Assembly: GCA_905331295.1 (NCBI GenBank)
Contig: CAJNYD010000226.1
Span: 1-64,000, forward strand
From: Rotaria socialis
Lineage: Eukaryota
Length of the DNA: 64,000 bases
Direction: 5' to 3'
Shown here: in pieces, positions 52,301-64,000 of the stretch
Numbering within the stretch: the first letter of the stretch is position 1
Layout of the letters: every line of letters begins with the position of its first letter
Position numbers and translations under genes: made by a program
The notes under the pieces: model-generated
What the model was told of the DNA's origin: nothing
Seen by the model: only the letters and a program-made list of their open reading frames with translations
Databases searched by the model: none

Positions 52301-55300
52301 GTAGTATACGTTGCCGTATACGGGCGTTTACGATCGTATCAGGTCGTCGTAATGTTCGACCTGGGTTGCACTTTCATCAACCCTTTTTGGGTTTATTATT
52401 CTACGATTTTTTTTACAGTGTAGCTGAGAGACTTCACATTTTATAACTTCGAAATCCTTTTCAAGGAAAACACGATTGATAACCGAGCATAAATAGAAAA
52501 CTTCCTTGGTAGTATCACCAAGAAAACGGCATTTAATTACTACTTACTAATAATTTATGGCGATAGTGAATTTAAGTGCATCCTATCTGCTACAGCTCAA
52601 GCTATGCTCCAAAAGCTCTCGATCAGCTTGGTAACAGAGTGAAGCAAAAGATCCATTCAGGAGAGCTATAATTGAAATACTCCATTTTAATAAAGTTACA
52701 ACTCAAATTGGTCCATGAGCTAGATATTTAACATGAATCTGCACGAGTAAATCATAGATCAAATCAAACTGACTTTTTCTAACTCGATTTCGGTTAGCTT
52801 TATCCTCCTTTTGCTTAAATCCATCTGGGTTCATTTTGCTTCGGCGCTTTTTCCGTCTAGAATGTATATATTCATTCCTGGGTGCACGTTCACAGGTAGA
52901 TAAATTTAAGATTTACATCTTGTTAGCTTTCTCGCTCACGAAGAGCGACGAACACTTTAAACATGTGTGTTTTATTATCTCTCTTATTCTTTTAGAAAAC
53001 ACATGTTTATATACGCACACGAAGGCAGAGACAAGAAAATAGAGGAAAACGGAGAGAGAAAGGAAAAGACAAGAAAAGAGAATAGATAGAATCGAGATAT
53101 ATGTTACAGTAGAACACACTGTAACATACTCCCTTATTAGACAAAAAAAGGTGTTCTATCCCACATTTTTGGAAAGATAGAAATAATAATGAAATCGAGA
53201 GATAGGTAATGACTATAGCATCAGACGAAAAGAAAAATAACAGACTACAGCGCGAAAAAATCTTTGAAAATAAATGGTTAATATATGAAACAACAAAAAT
53301 AAAATAACAAACTATATAACACGAAAAAGTTCTTGAAAAGAAATAGTTAATAGAATGAAACAACGAAAAAAAATGGAAATAGAAATATGAGAGAAAAACG
53401 TGTTCAGCGACACGAATAAATAACAACTATAAAAAGAAAAAGAAGAAAAAGAAAAAGAAATCCAATGTTATAACAAAAAATTTGTCTACACATACGAAAA
53501 TGAACGAATATAAAATTTACGCTTTGATAGTTATATCTTGCTGATTTTTTTGGTTGATGATTCTGGTTTGATATTGTTCAACCGCATCAACTTGTTCGTG
53601 CCCATAAAGTAAAAACATGTATGATTTTTTCAATTTTCCATATGTCTATAAAATGTATTACGAAATCGTGTATTCTATTTCGATTCTCAGTGATCAACTA
53701 GTGCACTGTAAAAAAATCGTAGAATATTAAACCCTAGTACTAAAAATAGGTTTCATAAATCCTTAAAGGGTTCTTGTTTTTGTCCGAAGCTCTAAAACCG
53801 TTTATTGCCTGAAGCGTTTATGAAACAAACAGTAGTGTCAAACTTAAAACTTGAATTCAGTTGAAAATAGAAAATTTCAACTTTCAACTTTCAACTCATA
53901 GCGATATATGTATGAGTCACAATTATTCAGAATGCTATTGGTTTAAAAGTTGAAAATTGAAAATTTCAATTTTCAATTGAATTCAAGTTTCAAGTTTGAC
54001 ATATATGGTATTAACATAAATATGCTAACATATTTGTATATACTATTGCTGAATATTTATCGAACAATTAGTTTGTTAATTTTGCGTCTGTAATATGAAG
54101 CGTTACTTACATAGTATATAGAGTTGTAGTTTTTAATGAGACCATAACTGGATTTTCGTCGTCTTTTCTGGTTGACACTCCCTTTTCTCTCAACCATAAA
54201 CATTCAGTATTTGATCAAGAGTATCGACAGAGATGTCCTATGACTTTACTTGGTTTTTATCAATACATTATACGCAGAAATAAATGGAGATCCTAGTATA
54301 AAATATGCCACTTGTCATATTTATAAACGGACAAACATTTATTTTCTCATGAAAACGTCTGGATTATAGCGTTTTACGTTAGACATTTTATTTATTTTTA
54401 CGTACAGTAAAATAATTTTCAATGACAATCATTCAATGAAAGAAGGAAATCAATTTTTTTGAAATATTTCCATAGCTTTTATCTCTGCTATGACTTGAGA
54501 TTTTTTAATTTTATTTTTAGTTCATATCATATGGCCATTACGATATGCAAATAATTACCGTCCATTTTTTACAATTCATAACAGTGAATTCCATGAAATC
54601 ACGTTTAATTCTTCACTGAAATCCTCATTCTCGCCACCACAATTTATCATTGGTGTTACAAATCCATTTTTTGCTAAACTTATTCATCAATGGCCACACA
54701 TAATTCGTGTAGATGACGATCAGCAAGGCAAGCCAATTAAAAAACGTGAAAATTTTCTTCTTGTAGAACATGATGAAGATAATCTATCTGTTAATGAATT
54801 AGAAGATAGTATTGAATTATCATCATCACCACAAGCTCCAATTAAAGTGAAAAAGAAGATTTCAACAAACATCAAACCATATAAACCTACGAGTACATTA
54901 AACGATAAGTCGTCACATTTAACATTTGTTAAGAAAGCTGGTTTATATACAAAATATAGATCATACCTACAGCGTGATAAAGTAATATTAAGAAAACTTC
55001 AATCGACAAATAGTAACCAACGGCCTGATACAGTACAAAATACGTTATTGCGTCGTTTTTTTCTTGAATTAACACAAAGTTTTATCATACCACTAGAACG
55101 TTATTTTGCGAGTCTCTTACCATTACGAAAATATTATCAAGCCAACCGTGAACCGCCAACAATAAAGGAATTCGATAACGAAGAATTTCTCAAAACACTT
55201 GATCAGTATGGGCCACAATTAACATCTGGTTTAAAAGGTGATTGGAAAGAATTATATAAACATTTTCTATCAACACCCAATTTTCGCCTTTGGTTATCAC

Positions 55301-55611
55301 ATCGGCGGCTAGAAGCTAATGCAAAGATATATTCATTATATATTGAAAAAATAGCATATTGCCGTTTGGAACAAGATTTAAATATATCTCAATTAACAGA
55401 AATAGAATTAATTGATTTAGTTATTAAATTTAAAGATTTAATCCAACGAATAGAAACAAAACATGATGAATTATTAATCAGAATTGATCAGAAATTAAAG
55501 TGTGATTATTTAGAAAAATTAAAAATAAAAATGAAAATTATTATTGATGAAAATTTATCTGAAGATATGAAAATATTATTTAATAAGCCTTCAAGACTTT
55601 CTTCATCTTAA
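37026..55611 (+). CDS. DENND6: DENN domain-containing protein 6 (FAM116, Rab GEF); exons 37026-37946, 38000-38222, 54521-55611; intron 2 about 16.3 kb
   Basis: [35 protein letters not shown] and [10 protein letters not shown]. The phase-1 join [19 protein letters not shown] continues to [10 protein letters not shown] and [19 protein letters not shown]. Confidence 0.93.
38326..38550. mobile_element. MITE with GGGAAACG TIRs and internal ACTTCAAGT/GAAGTA repeats
   Basis: GGGAAACGACAGACTT ... AAGTCCGCCGTTTCCC. Confidence 0.7.
38874..39034. mobile_element. MITE copy A (CAGTAGTGTCAAACTT family), runs into a gap
   Basis: Palindromic ends CTTGAAACTTGAATTCA / TGAATTCAAGTTTCAAG; near-identical to 53830-54001. 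Confidence 0.8.
39035..39134. other. Assembly gap (100 N)
   Basis: Run of N. Confidence 1.
40071..41517 (-). CDS. Bacterial-type flavin-containing monooxygenase (trimethylamine monooxygenase/mFMO-like), HGT candidate; exons 41517-41306 and 41250-40071
   Basis: [53 protein letters not shown] motif [55 protein letters not shown] 55-nt GTAAG..TAG intron restores the frame. No C-terminal membrane anchor. Confidence 0.93.
41623..42696. repeat. ~1.07 kb palindrome with ~518-bp inverted arms and a ~38-bp spacer
   Basis: 41623-42140 is the reverse complement of 42179-42696. The inner part appears mismatch-free by eye; mismatches are concentrated in the outer ~110 bp. Confidence 0.95.
43304..43524. 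other. Assembly gap (221 N)
   Basis: Run of N. Confidence 1.
43525..43925. mobile_element. GGAATTCC-rich MITE fragment containing an 18-bp minisatellite (GTGTGGGTGTTGCCATAA)n
   Basis: About 6 degenerate 18-mer units at 43579-43695 within GGAATT/AATTCC arrays. Confidence 0.65.
44208..45651. mobile_element. Foldback element with long TIRs and hAT-like TAGG termini, carrying a nested insertion
   Basis: 44208-44465 is mirrored by 45386-45651; the arm continues 44465-44510 vs 44655-44703, interrupted by the nested MITE. No clear TSD. Confidence 0.85.
44704..45385. mobile_element. Nested MITE with CCC...GGG termini and a 2-bp TSD (CA); CMC/EnSpm-like
   Basis: TIR CCCTAGTGAAACATCTTGTAAGTAAGATCTTG. 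Removing it plus one CA restores the host arm. Internal AAGATCTT repeats. Confidence 0.85.
46538..47145. mobile_element. CCCAGG-TIR MITE containing a second CCCAGGAGA MITE (46650-46966)
   Basis: Outer CCCAGGTCGAACA / TGTTCGGCCTGGG; inner CCCAGGAGAATCA / TGAATCTCCTGGG; GC-rich CCGGAA arrays. Confidence 0.8.
49262..51250. mobile_element. Old element with diverged inverted termini and inverted (GATA)n/(TATC)n tracts, interrupted by a GACTAGTC-rich MITE (~49470-50955)
   Basis: CATGACATATCTCAGTGATAATATCATTGGGATT at left vs AATCCCAATGATATTCTCACTAAGATTTGTCATG at right; many ACTAGT motifs inside. Confidence 0.65.
51513..52130. mobile_element. Mariner-like MITE with ~135-bp imperfect TIRs
   Basis: CGAGG..ACCAAGTGTTCAATCGCTTTTGC vs GCAAAAGCGATTGAACACTTGGT..CCTCG, followed by TA. 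Confidence 0.75.
53830..54001. mobile_element. MITE copy B (CAGTAGTGTCAAACTT family)
   Basis: Direct repeat of 38874-39034 with a few differences, including one extra CTTTCAA unit. Confidence 0.85.
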
Positions 55612-56928
55612 TTTTATTTTATTTTTCAATCAGTCAATCAATCAATCAATGATCGCAATAAAAAATTTTCACTTTCCAAATCAAAATACTCAGAGAATAT
55701 CTTCTTGAAATGTTTCTTTTTTCTGTTGTTCATTGAGATAAAAAAAAGAAGAAATATTTGTTGACAAATCAGCTAAAATTTATTCAAATAATTATTTTTG
55801 ATTGTTTATTTCTTAGATGTCAAATTAAGAGTTGTGATTTAAACCTTTATGAATATTTTGGGCGAGTTTCGTATTCAAGAGTCAGGTAAGATTTCATAGA
55901 ATGAAACTAACTTAACGAAAGAATTTTCTTTTAAATACTGCATCCAAAGGCAACAGTGTGTTATTAAATCTTGTGCTTGGCAAACCTTCTCTGTTCATGT
56001 CACGGGAATCTCTTTTGTTTGATTTATGTCGTTGTTTTTATTGCATCTCTCAGTAGTGAGCCTATCAATCTTTGACGGGGTGAATATACAGCAAACATTA
56101 AAAATACAAAACAAACACCCATACATAACAAGAAATCAATATTGAAAGGAGTCTAACCGTATGTTCCATAGTTTTTCCAAAATCTACCACTAGCATTTAG
56201 ATGACATTAAAGACATGTACCAAATACAGAAGTTTAGTTAGTGAAATAATAATTCTAGTGTCTTATCGAAGATCGGTTGTTGAAGAAGTGCATCATATCA
56301 ACTCAAATATAAAATAATAATTAAACATCAATAATAGCTATAAAACCTAGAGTATATACTATACATTAAAATGATTGATTGTTATGTTAAATAGATACTT
56401 ATTGTCTAGCTGTCAAACAGCTATTTTTACCACTTAACCTAGTAGAGATGTAGATTAGGATATGACCATTGCTTATCTCGTTGAAATCTCAAAAGCAATA
56501 GTAATTTTGATTGCCCTATCAAAAAAAATTCTATTGTCAGACATGCATGTTTGTACACAGACAATTAAATGATCATCAATTTATTGAAATCTATTACTTG
56601 AGTAAAATCTACATGACACAGGTTTGTTTATTTTAGGTCCATTAATTGATGCTACTTGTTGTAACTAATATCTCATCGTTTATTGACGAATAATCAATTG
56701 GTACACAACAGACATAGGGAACAAACTCAAAAACTAAATCTTACAGGTATAAATTAAACAAGAGTAATCATTCGTAATAAAACACAAATATTTTTTATTT
56801 GTTTCTAGGCATTTTCTACTCAGCATCCCAAATAGGAAAGTAATTCTTATTTTTAAGATAAAACTCAGAAAAAAAATAAGCCTTTATTAAATTATCAATT
56901 TAACCGAAAAACAGTGAAAAGTTGTCAG

Positions 56929-59098
56929 ATGAATCAATACAGTAAACACTCCATATTAAACTCATCATTCGAATGCATTATACCAACAACGGATGAACTC
57001 AATTACGAAACAAGTCAAGTAAAATGCCCACATGGAGAGAAAAATTCAACATTAGAAAAATGTCAAAAAGTCTTTAAAAATATAATGGCACTAAATGTAC
57101 ATCTTCAAATGTATCACAAAGAAACAGGCATAGTTACTGTTAGTAGATTAAGAATTTAATTCAAACACAAATCAATAATATTTGCATGAATATATTTATA
57201 TATAGGCTTCAAATAAGTATACATCACGTATCGGACGATATCATTGCCCAATAGGCGATTGTATATTTTATTGTCGTTGCAAAAAGGATCATAGTCAATC
57301 ATTATCATTTTCAAATTTTAATGCTGTACGACTTGTAAGTGAAACACTCTTATGTTAGTTTTTGATAGAGAATTTCATATTATAGCATTATTTACGGCAA
57401 CATGGTCTGAAAAAAGAACAGTGTTCGAAATGTTTGAAATCATTTGGTCTTCATCAAGATTTGATTGGACACGAAAAGATGTTTGTAGAAGAAATTTTGG
57501 GAATTATGTTTTTTCAGGACTAAGTTTTTGTTTTAGTTGTGGTGTTCACTGTCCTTTTTCGTGCTCAAATTGTGATCAACAATTTCAAAATCGAACAAGT
57601 CTACGACGACATCAACTAAAATATCATACCGATGCTAATAGTGAATCTCAAAATAATAATTATTATAATAGTGTGATCAAGTAAGTAAGAAGAATTTCTA
57701 CTAGTTGTAACAATTATCTTTTGAAAACTCTTCTGTTGACGAGATCGTGAAAATGTTACGGAAACAAACTTTTCTAATTCTTTGATCTAATGGATTTCAT
57801 CAATAAGATAGATCATAGGACTCATTATTTTATATTTGAATGAGTTTTTCCTATTACACGATATTCAATGATAATCAAACAGTGAATTGAGTTCTTCGTT
57901 TTTACTTTGTTGACATTCATAATTTTGAAACAAAAATATTTTTTTTTAACTGAAGCAAATTTGAAAAATACAATAAGAGCTTTTTATATTATCGAAAGTC
58001 TAACAATGATACAATATCTTTTATTTAGCTGTATGAGTTCGAGAAATTGCAAACCTATAACTAATTGTTACTCTCGATAAAGTGTAAATGATTTTCTACT
58101 TTAGTGCTCTTCCTTCGTTACCAAAATCAAGTGAACGTCGAAAACGACTAAATCGTCGTCGTCCACTTCTACCAGATCAAATTGAACTATCTCGTCAAAA
58201 CATTCTTTCACATCAACCTGTTACAATAAATCCACTTGCATTGGAACTATTAAAAAGCTTCAATAATGAAAAGCTTCCTGTATCATCATCTTCTACAATC
58301 GATTCTACTCTCATATGTGAATCAGATAGCGATAAAGCAACTCAAACATATACTCGGGTTTCTGTTGGTACAGAATGTTGTTCATTAACAAGTACTGATT
58401 TAAATTTAATACCTCCCGTACCAATAAAAACAACTGAACAAAAATCTAGTCAAACTCAAAGTCGTATAAGAGTGTATAAGAAACAATCACGAAATTCAAC
58501 GAAAAAATCTATCATGACATCAACAATAACACCAACAATAGCGACAGATGATGTATCACCGATTACTTTTTACAAAATGCCAACCGATACATTCAATGCA
58601 TCCACAATGACTCAATGGGAAAATGCTCCTGTTAATGAAATAGAAACTCACTTCTTTACTCCAACACGTTCAGATATGTCTATTCAAACAGTTGGTAATG
58701 TTTCAAATCTACTTGATTATCCATCAGAATCATCCGATAATAATAATAGTGTTATCGTTCAAACATTACCTATATCAATGACATCAACACAAATGCAAAC
58801 AATAACAGAATATCCATTGGAACAAGCGACGAACCAATATGAGAATTATGTATTACCATATCAGGAATCTGTTGGTACATCATGCTTTCTAGATGAATTT
58901 TTACTTGATGATTTTTCAAAAAATGATTCATCATCATCGGTTTTATTTGATTTCGATGCTATGGATTTACTTGATCTAATTGACAATGGTACTCAAACAT
59001 ATCCATTAATTGCATCACACGAAGCACAAACAATGACTAATTGGGATCCAATGTTATTAAATGAAGATGAATGGATTCGAACAATGATGAATAATTAA
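56929..59098 (+). CDS. ATMIN: ATM interactor / ASCIZ zinc-finger protein homolog (5 exons)
   Basis: IIPTTDEL followed by four C2H2-type fingers (CQKVFKNIMALNVHLQMYH; HCPIGDC..HYLRQH; CSKCLKSF..H; CSNC..LRRHQLKYH). Disordered tail has multiple LC8-type TQT-like motifs (DKATQTY, DMSIQTV, STQMQTI, DNGTQTY, EAQTMT). Confidence 0.85.
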
Positions 59099-59236
59099 AT
59101 ATTCTTTGTTCTTTTTTTTTAATTTTTTTTCTTTGTTCAGATTTTTGTTAAAATCATTTTCTTTTGCAAGAATATATATATATATATTTCTAAAAACTAT
59201 TCCTATCTATAGATTAAGAATTAAGTTTATATAAAT

Positions 59237-62200
59237 ATGTCATCCTCGATCGTCGTCAAATTAATTTCAGACAATTCAATATATCCTAATTTACAAATAC
59301 AAACAACAGATTCTAATTCATTAACATACTTAATTGTTGGACGTAATGAGCAAAGCAAAATAAAATCAACGCGTTGTGCTAGACAACAAGGTACATATAA
59401 ATACGAATTAATAAAGTACACTAAATATCTTTTTTATCTTATCACATGTGAATAGTGGATGAAAAGAGAGTTCAATTTTGTTGAGATAGTCTATTGATAA
59501 ATTTAGGTTTGCTAACTCGGAGCACAGGAAGTAGTCACTAAAGTCTTACAATACTGAGTCATTTTAACATCCTAAAATCAAATACTCAAGAAACTTGATT
59601 GATTAGAATAGAAATGAAAAATCATATTAGCTTAAATCAATCAGTGACCACAATGGAGTGTCGTTTTTTTGTCATTCAATCGTGATCTCTTTGATTTTTA
59701 TTGACTCTATAAGTGATTTCGTTTGCCTACACTGGTCAGCATCATTGTGTTCGATATCTTATGGGAAACTTATGTTTTTCTAGTATTTATTCACAAACTT
59801 AGAATACAGCTAGTACAACGAATGATAACAAAATCAATTCGATATTAGTTTAAATAAGTCATTTAATGAACTTGCTTGGAGATACAATATCACTAGCTGC
59901 AATTACAATAAATTTTCTCAACATGAGATATTACATACACAAGAATAGTTGATAGCGAATGTCTTCCTATAAGATTGATTGATTGATCAAATACTCAAAT
60001 ATTTGTTGATATCTCAAGAATAAAACATTCTTTTGAGCGAGATTCGTTCGAGATTTATGTAACAATTCAAATGTTATATCAGTAAGTTACTCGATGATCC
60101 TTTGAAATATTTAAATCCAATGGTCAATGACGAGACAGATTTAGGACGAAATTCGATGAAGGCAAAACGAAAAATTTCCGATGATGCCTTCAGATATTCA
60201 TTCTTGTTTTGATATCAAAGCTCTTCATTTTTGTGTACTCAAAAAGTGAGTACACTCTAGAATCGGTCAGTGTGTCCGTCCGGCCGTAGGCACGATAACT
60301 TTCGAAAGGAGAGTCAGACCGTGATGAAATTTTTCACACAGTTCAATCTCATGAATATCTTGGTCGAGTTCGAAGATGAGAAGAATCCGTCAAGAAATGG
60401 TTGAGTTATCGAAAAAATTGTCATTTTTGACCAGGCCATCCCTGAGGAGGAGTACAGGGAATTTTTTTCAAAAAATAAATCTTTCTCAGAATTATTCACA
60501 ACATATATAAATCGACTCAGTTTTTAACGCTGATTCCGAATCTGATATTGGTTTTGAGCTAAACCGTAGCTTTCTGATGAAGCATCGCCTGAAAAACGTC
60601 TCAAAATGCACAAAAACTGCATCCAGAAATCAAATTGCCTAGTTTCTCATGATAATTTTGGTGTTCAGACATTCTAGAATGACTCATATATCCCATGCAC
60701 TTTTTGCAGTACACATAACTTTCGGATGAAATCCGAAGTTTCCACATTTATTCTATTTATTTATACGATTAATTTTCTAGTTTGTCTTCATATTGAAAAT
60801 GATCAAGTGTATATTAAACAACTGGGTACACATCCTTCATTTATAAATCATAGTCCTATAAAAACCAAAGATAAACAAATAGTAAATGATGGAGATAAAC
60901 TTCATTTATTAGAAAACGAACATTGTTATACTGTTCGAATTGAATGTTCAAATATTAGTAGTAAACTTATGAAATCATCTTCATTAACTAAATCTACACT
61001 GAAAAGACAAAATACGGAGGAGAAGGATAACGAAGCAGCATGCAAAAAACAAAAGGGTTCTATGAATAAAATAGAGCAACAAGAAGAAAAAGATGCATCT
61101 GATTCGGAAGAAAGTCGTGCACTTTGGATACAACAACAACTACACGCTATGCAATCCAATGTCAATCAAACGTATGTTTTATATTGTAATAATTTCTTTA
61201 ATCTTCATTTATCTCGCATTGTATCTAGATCATCATCAAGTAAACCTTCAAATCCAATGAAGAAATCAAATTCAAATTCTGAAGATTCATGGGAAATACC
61301 ATGTGATGGTCTTGAAGTTTTTACTTCGAAAGGAGTGATTAGTAGTGAAAAGGTGATATATCTGCTTGAAATGAAATTCTCTCGTCATAATAATTTAACT
61401 TTAGATTGCAGCATTTGATATGGATGGAACAATAATTTTAACAAAATCAGGCAAAGTACATCCAACCGATGAAAATGATTGGCGTATTGGTTTCGATACA
61501 TGTTTTAAAAAATTAAAACAATTATGCGTAGATAATTATAAAATAGTTATTTTCACTAATCAACGTGGTCTAATGAAAGCAACATCTACAGATCATTTTA
61601 GAAGAAAAATTCAATATATTCAACAAAAATTAAATGTTCCTCTTCAAGTAACAATATCTTTTGTTTTTATCATAGAGTTTCAATCGTATTTGTAGGTCTT
61701 TATTGCTATTCATCCAGGTCGTTATCGAAAGCCATGTACTGGATCATGGTCACTTCTAGAATCAAAAGTACGAGTAGAGCTTGTTCAAAATATTTTACAA
61801 TTTTTCTTTTACTTGTGATTTATTTAGTATAATGATGATATTAAAATTGACAAATCTAAATCATTCTACGTCGGTGGTAAGAAAATCAAAGAATCTTATC
61901 TTATTTTAATCAATGAATTATTTTGATAAATTCTAGATGCTGCTGGTCGTCCAGATAAATGGCGAGCTAAAGCAAAAAAAGATCATTCATCTGCTGATCG
62001 TCTTGTAAGACAAAATAAAACACTCTTCTAAGCGTTTAACTTTTCCTTATTTAGTTTGCGATGAACCTTGATTTGCGATTCTATACGCCAGAAGAATATT
62101 TTCTTGGTCTAAGCAAAGCTTTGCATGACATGCCAAAATTTGATCCTGTATGTTTTGTTTTTATGAAAGATAAATTATATATGTTCATATCATTCTAGAA

Positions 62201-63314
62201 ATCTCTTCGATCGATTCAATCACTTCTTGAACCAACTACTGCTAAATTGACATCAGATAAAACTGAAATCATTGTCATGTGTGGTCTTCCAGCATGTTTG
62301 TTTAATTAACATATTCTAACGAGATGATAAATTTTACCTTTTATTTTTTAGCGGGTAAAAGTTGGTTTGTAAAAAAGTATATTGTTCCACATCAATATGA
62401 ATACGTTAATCGGGTAAGTAGATAATGAACATTACTATGCTAAGTAATTGTTTTGAAGATAATTAAAGCATAAATTTTATTTTTCATTAGGATGAAGTCG
62501 GTACCTGGCAAACATGTGTGAAAATGACTGAAATGGCTATTAGTAAACAAAAAAGTGTCATAGTTGATAATACTAATATAGATACAGAATCTCGGCAAAG
62601 GTATAATGAAGATCTTTCATTTATTTTGTCCATGAATGTATTTTAATTGTTATCAAATTTGTATACGTAGATATATCGAAGTGGCTAAAAAATTCAATGT
62701 TCTATGTCGATGCTTTGTAATGAATGTAACAGTTGAACATACTAAACACAATAATCTTGTAAGTGATATATCTTTTATTAATGATTAACAGTTGGGTTGG
62801 TAGCACTAGCAGGCTGTAGCCAGCATATTTTAACAGTAAAATAAATTAAACTCCTGAGGATAAATATGGAGAGTTGTCTTATGAATGAAGAAAGTTCCCC
62901 AAACGAATGCATTACTTTTGACTCAAAACTATGAATATCAGGTCGATTCTCACAAGTAAGAAATACCGTAAAAAGAGTTTGACTCTTTATTTTATTTCTG
63001 CAGAGATGCCATGGTAAAACCTCAGATCTTTTGATTTCCTGTTATACTGACATAAGAGTATTAAATCTACTGGCACTCGGGAAGATCTATCTCGATTTAT
63101 TTGTACTTAATTTTTTAACTAGTTTCGGCATATGATCGGCACTGATAAAGCCCATAAAGATGTTAACGAAATTGTTATATTGGGTGCCAATAAACGCTAT
63201 ATAAAACCAAGTATGGATGAAGGCTTTTCAGAAATCGTAATGGTCAATATGCAACCCATGTTTGACGATGCCAATGTAGAACAATTATATTATCAATATA
63301 TTCTCGATAAATAA
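59237..63314 (+). CDS. PNKP: Bifunctional polynucleotide phosphatase/kinase (multi-exon)
   Basis: FHA (IVGRN..RCARQQ), HAD phosphatase AAFDMDGTIILTKSGK, IFTNQ, YRKPCTG, SFYVGDAAGR, KKDHS; kinase P-loop CGLPASGKS, VDNTN; C-terminus PSMDEGFSEI. Confidence 0.95.
60231..60749 (+). mobile_element. Apparently complete non-autonomous Helentron-associated element (HINE/DINE-1-like) in PNKP intron 1
   Basis: 5' hairpin GTGTACTC-AAAAAGT-GAGTACAC, short GTCC repeat, 3' subterminal AGTACACA inverted to the 5' TGTGTACT, terminal stem-loop TTCGGAT-GAA-ATCCGAA, T-rich flanks, no TSD. Confidence 0.75.
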
Positions 63315-63731
63315 CAATCTCTGATTCATATTCTATAATTTATTATGATTTTCCTTAAACTATTTTGTATCGAAGATAAAGAATAAATATTCAATTTATA
63401 GTATATTTTTCATTTGATAGTTAAAGGGTGTGGGTGTGTGCGTATAGGCATAGCACTCACCATTGTTCTTTATTATCTGGCATCCCACCTATCCTCTTGT
63501 TCCTCTTTTCAGCCTCTTTTTTTGCTGAAAAGTTGAAGTTAAAAGAAAAAAACTTAATATTGATAAGTTTTTCACCATCGTTCGCTTATTGCTCTTTCCT
63601 GTCGCGACAAGATGATAGCACTAGTCGACGATCTTGACTTCGATCTGTCCAGGTTCTTGTTTTTCTTGAATATCAGACAAGATTCTTTTGCCATTCCTTC
63701 TGTACAAGATTCTTGTCTGAAAAAACATACT

Positions 63732-64000
63732 CTATTCACCCATATTTTTACAACAACCTCGTCTTGAATGACATTTTGTCGAACGAAAAACTCCATTTTT
63801 TTTACATGGACATTGTTTCGAAACGCATTTGCCTTTACAATCGCAAGTGCGGTCACTTGCTGATGCACGTGCATAAAGTTTACATGCTTCAATAAATGTA
63901 ATGCCTTTCAAATTATCAATAACAAGCTGTTTCAATTCTACTGGACAAACCATTTTTCTCATCTACTGTACGTTTACTAAAACATGTAACTGTATGAATT
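63732..64000 (-). mobile_element. C-terminal Cys-rich domain of a KRBA2/SCAND3-like (Ginger/GIN-type) integrase-transposase, cut by the window edge
   Basis: ITFIEACKLYARAS..CDCKGKCVSKQCPCKKNGVFRSTKCHSRRGCCKN resembles the CXC tail of these transposases. One expected Cys reads Arg. Catalytic core not in the window. Confidence 0.55.

Overview
AT-rich eukaryotic scaffold. Short (~55-60 nt) GT-AG introns, dense MITE/foldback elements and an intron-containing gene of bacterial type suggest a bdelloid rotifer (inference). Nine spliced genes lie on the + strand: a clan-3 cytochrome P450, an LRR single-pass membrane protein, a small orphan protein, LRRC57, PTPRN/IA-2, a short CREB/CREM-type bZIP, DENND6, ATMIN/ASCIZ and PNKP. 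The standout is a bacterial-type flavin monooxygenase (trimethylamine monooxygenase/mFMO-like) with one spliceosomal intron. It sits antisense inside a ~16.3 kb DENND6 intron, behind a ~1.07 kb near-perfect palindrome, in a block bracketed by two near-identical copies of one MITE. Its contig lies between two N gaps, so the nesting needs confirming. Also present: a decayed LINE RT, Helentron/HINE-like elements, nested MITEs and a transposase C-terminus at the right edge. Homology calls are from recalled motifs, not database searches.
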